From the NCBI RefSeq assembly GCF_009914755.1, contig NC_060931.1: 64,000 nucleotides of DNA, one strand, 5' to 3'. The translations under genes were made by a program, and so were the position numbers. Source of the stretch: the human T2T-CHM13v2.0 reference genome, Homo sapiens. The notes beneath the pieces are model-generated. The model ran no database searches, had not been told where the DNA came from, and saw only the letters and a program-made list of their open reading frames with translations. Shown piece by piece: positions 60,880 to 64,000 of this stretch (its first letter is position 1; the number at the start of each line of letters is the position of its first letter).

Positions 60880-61272
60880 GGCATATTAGAGTTGTCCAGA
60901 GAAACAGAACCAATAGGATGTGTATATATACAGAGAAAAATGTAAGGAGTTGGCTCACAGGATTATGGAGACTGGCAAGTCAAAAAGCTGCAGGGTGGGT
61001 TGGCAGGCTAGAGATTCAGGGAAGAGCTGACATTGCAGTTCAAGTATAAAAGCCTTTTGCTGGAAAATTTTTTTTTTGCTTGTGGGGGAGTCAGTCTGTT
61101 GTCCTATTCAGGCCTTCAACTGTTTCAATGAGGCCCACCCACATTATGGAAAGAAATGAGCTTTCCTCAAATTATATTTAAAAACACCCCCACAGAAACA
61201 TCTAGAATAATGTTTGATTAGATATCTGCGCACCATGGCCCAGCCAAGTTGACTTATAAAATTAACCATCAC
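60880..61272. mobile_element. MLT2-like ERVL LTR
   Basis: tccagagaaacagaaccaatagga...ccagccaagttgacttataaaattaaccatca. Confidence 0.82.
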
Positions 61273-61683
61273 GGTCAAGCTTTCTTGTTTTGATTGCCCC
61301 TTCTGAAGCTGTTTCAGGGAGGAAACTCATTTTTCCCCCCACATGTCTTAGTGGGGGAGTTGGTTCCTCTCTCCCTCTCATTCTTAGAAAATTTGCTGAA
61401 GGGATTCCCTCTGTTGGGCAGTGTGTTGTAGGAGAGGATTATATGTTTGGAATCAGACAGACCTGTATTCAGATCCTGCAGACACCTGATCTTTTAAGAA
61501 AGTTTGTTTAAATTTTGAGGGCAGGGAATTTGTTTTATGGTTGTGTCTCTAGGATTGTCACACCGCTTGGCACATTGTAGGTACACAGTTGGTGTTAATA
61601 ACCTGTTATGTTCATCATCTCTGCCCTTTCTCCTTCCTCTTCTCCCCCTCCCCCCACCTGAAGGTCCAAGTTGGGATGATATT

Positions 61684-61988
61684 AATATTATTATTTTTAT
61701 TATATTTCGAGACAAGGTCTTACTCTGTTGCCTAGGCTGGAGTGCAGTGACATGATCACAGCTCACTACAGCCTCGACCTCTGGGCTCAAGGGATTCTCC
61801 TGCCTTAGGCTCTTGAGTAGCTGGGATTACAGGCGTGCGCTGCCATGCCCAGCTAATTTTTTTTCCATTTTTGTAGAGACAGAGTCTCACTGTGTTTCTC
61901 AGGCTAGTCTGGAACTCCTGGGCTCAAGCGATCCTCCCACCTCAGCCTCTAAAGTGCTGGGATTACAGGTGTGGGCCACTGCTGGGCT
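61684..61988 (-). mobile_element. AluJ-like
   Basis: Antisense dimer. Confidence 0.9.
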
Positions 61989-63631
61989 AACATTTTTATA
62001 TGTATAATGCTTGTATGATTTATTTATAGGTAAAATCCTTCAGGTTAGCAGTTACAAATGAAAGCTGGGTGATTCCATTACAGATTAAAATCTTTCCTGG
62101 CCACTGCTCTGGCTTGCTGAAGCTGTTGTGCTCTCTTTCGTTTGGGAAATCTCAATCTATTGCCCTGTAAGGTAATGACAGTTCATAAGTAACCACAGTC
62201 ATTAAAATATGGTTGTTTGAGATATAACTATGGAAGCTGAAGGGGAGAGTACTCATTTTGCCTTAACTTTATATTTACTTTGATCACCAAAGCTTGTAAT
62301 TAGTTGCAAGAAAATCTAAAAATTGAGATTCCATCAGAAAGTTGTAAAGCTACTTATTTAGAGGTTGCAGTAACTTGCCTCACCTTTGGTAACTTGAGTA
62401 TGTGAGTGTATCTATATTCTGAAAATGAAAGTTATCAAAAATTTAATTAACTAAAAAATTTGAATTATTTCTTTTACTATTTAGTCTTTTTGTCTTCCTT
62501 TTATTTCCTGACTTGTTTACTAAAATGTGGTTTCTTTTGTTTTTTTTCAGTGGTTAGAGAGGAATTACTTTTTTGGGGTCATTTCTGTCCCCCTACTCCC
62601 TTAATATTGATTTTAGAAATGTGCTTGGTTTTAATTCCATAGCTAAGTTATAATTTTGTAATTATTTTTGTAGTCGGTTGTCTCATTCTCTAATCAAGCT
62701 TTTGCTGACTGTGAATTTGTTTATCCAGAAAACAGTTTTTCATTTTCTTGGTGACTTGTAATTAGTAATAAATTGCATGGGACCAAATAATCCAAGGTCT
62801 TGAAATCGTATTTTTTGCCTGGATGTTTCCTCCGTGAATTACATTATCTGGAAAATGTCTGACAGTTGTTATTAAGCTGAAATATGAAATAGCTTTGCTT
62901 GTTCATGCAAATTTGTTTATGTAGAAACAAGTTTTTCCTAGGCAGAAATAGCTTTTGATAGCATCCTAAGGAAGAGAATGGTTAAGCTGTTTTCTGCATT
63001 TTCTTTTTAAATGTACAATAATTTTTTGGGGGGGTTATGTATGTTTTTGCAGATACGTAAAAACCATGTTTTGTAAAATGCATTGTAGACATTGAAGTAG
63101 AAGAATCTTAGTATTTTCAGGGCCCTTGATAATATCCTCTTTATTTAAAAATGTAACTATAAAAGTTATTGTTTTTCCATTTCTAAAATGAATTTAATAA
63201 AAGCACCTTTTAGCAGGATGTTGGTAAGAATATATGACTTAATATGAAGGTTCATTATATTATTTGAATGAATTGAGCTACTATGTCAGATGTGATTTTG
63301 TTACTGCTGTTTTTCATCTTGAGATTAATATTATAACATTTTATAATTACTATATAGGCATTAGTCAAGGCTGATAAATCGCCTATTATTCAAGTGTTTA
63401 TAAATAAGTGGTTATGCTACAGCTATTTAGAGAAGCATTGTCTTCTGAGTTGATTGATAAAAGTCAACAAACATTGAATATGTTTAAAATGTGTTGATTT
63501 CGAGCTCTGCTGTGTAGATATTGAGATAAATAAGACAAACCTTTTCTCCTTGAGACTATAGACTTTGAAGGAGATAGAGAAGTAAACATTTGTAGGATAG
63601 TGTGATAAGTGCTGTGATAGAGGTATATACA

Positions 63632-63890
63632 TAGGGTGACCATATATAATTTATTGTCCAAACTGTTGAGAAATTCAGTGTTCTGATTATTATTACTGTC
63701 TTTAAAAATAAGGGCACAGACCATTGTTTAGTCCTCTTTGGATCATGCAATGTCTAGGGTGACCATTGGGATTTATTGTCAAAATTGGGACACTTTTTGA
63801 GAATGAAAGGGGATGTTATGAATACTTACACTGGGGCAGCAGACATAATCTGGAACTGACCCAGGGAAGCCAGTACACATGTCAACTTTG
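63632..63890. mobile_element. MER81-like hAT MITE: partial copy (63632) plus fuller copy (63755-63890)
   Basis: TAGGGTGACCAT...tttattgtc(c)aaa twice; gggacactttttgagaatgaaagggg. Confidence 0.65.
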
Positions 63891-64000
63891 ATATAGCAGC
63901 TTGCTGTGGTGCTCCTAAGCAGGGGAGTCTACCTTTATCAGGAGGAGAGGAATCATTAGGGAGGACTTCTCAGAGGAAGTGATGCTTGAGTTGAAGCTTT

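Overview
Primate, almost certainly human, genomic DNA covering the 5' end of PPP1R9A (neurabin-1). Bases 1-34,400 are a dense, nested field of transposable elements: a near-full-length old L1 (L1PB-like), MaLR and ERV1 LTRs, a decayed MER4-group provirus, many Alus, and an LTR10/HERVIP10-type provirus whose LTRs carry tandem AP-1 sites. A repeat-poor unique stretch (~36-43 kb) precedes the CpG-island promoter (~43.3-44.5 kb), which has several candidate non-coding first-exon donors. The large first coding exon encodes 465 codons (45981-47375), including the actin-binding N-terminus and the RKIKF PP1-docking motif. The rest is intron. I see no clearly new biological system. The best leads are the AP-1 tandem-repeat provirus with a truncated 3' LTR in the same orientation as PPP1R9A, an 18-nt microexon-like unit just upstream of the CpG island, uORFs next to the start codon, and an inverted pair of ERV segments. 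Repeat subfamily names come from memory of consensus sequences and boundaries were read by eye.
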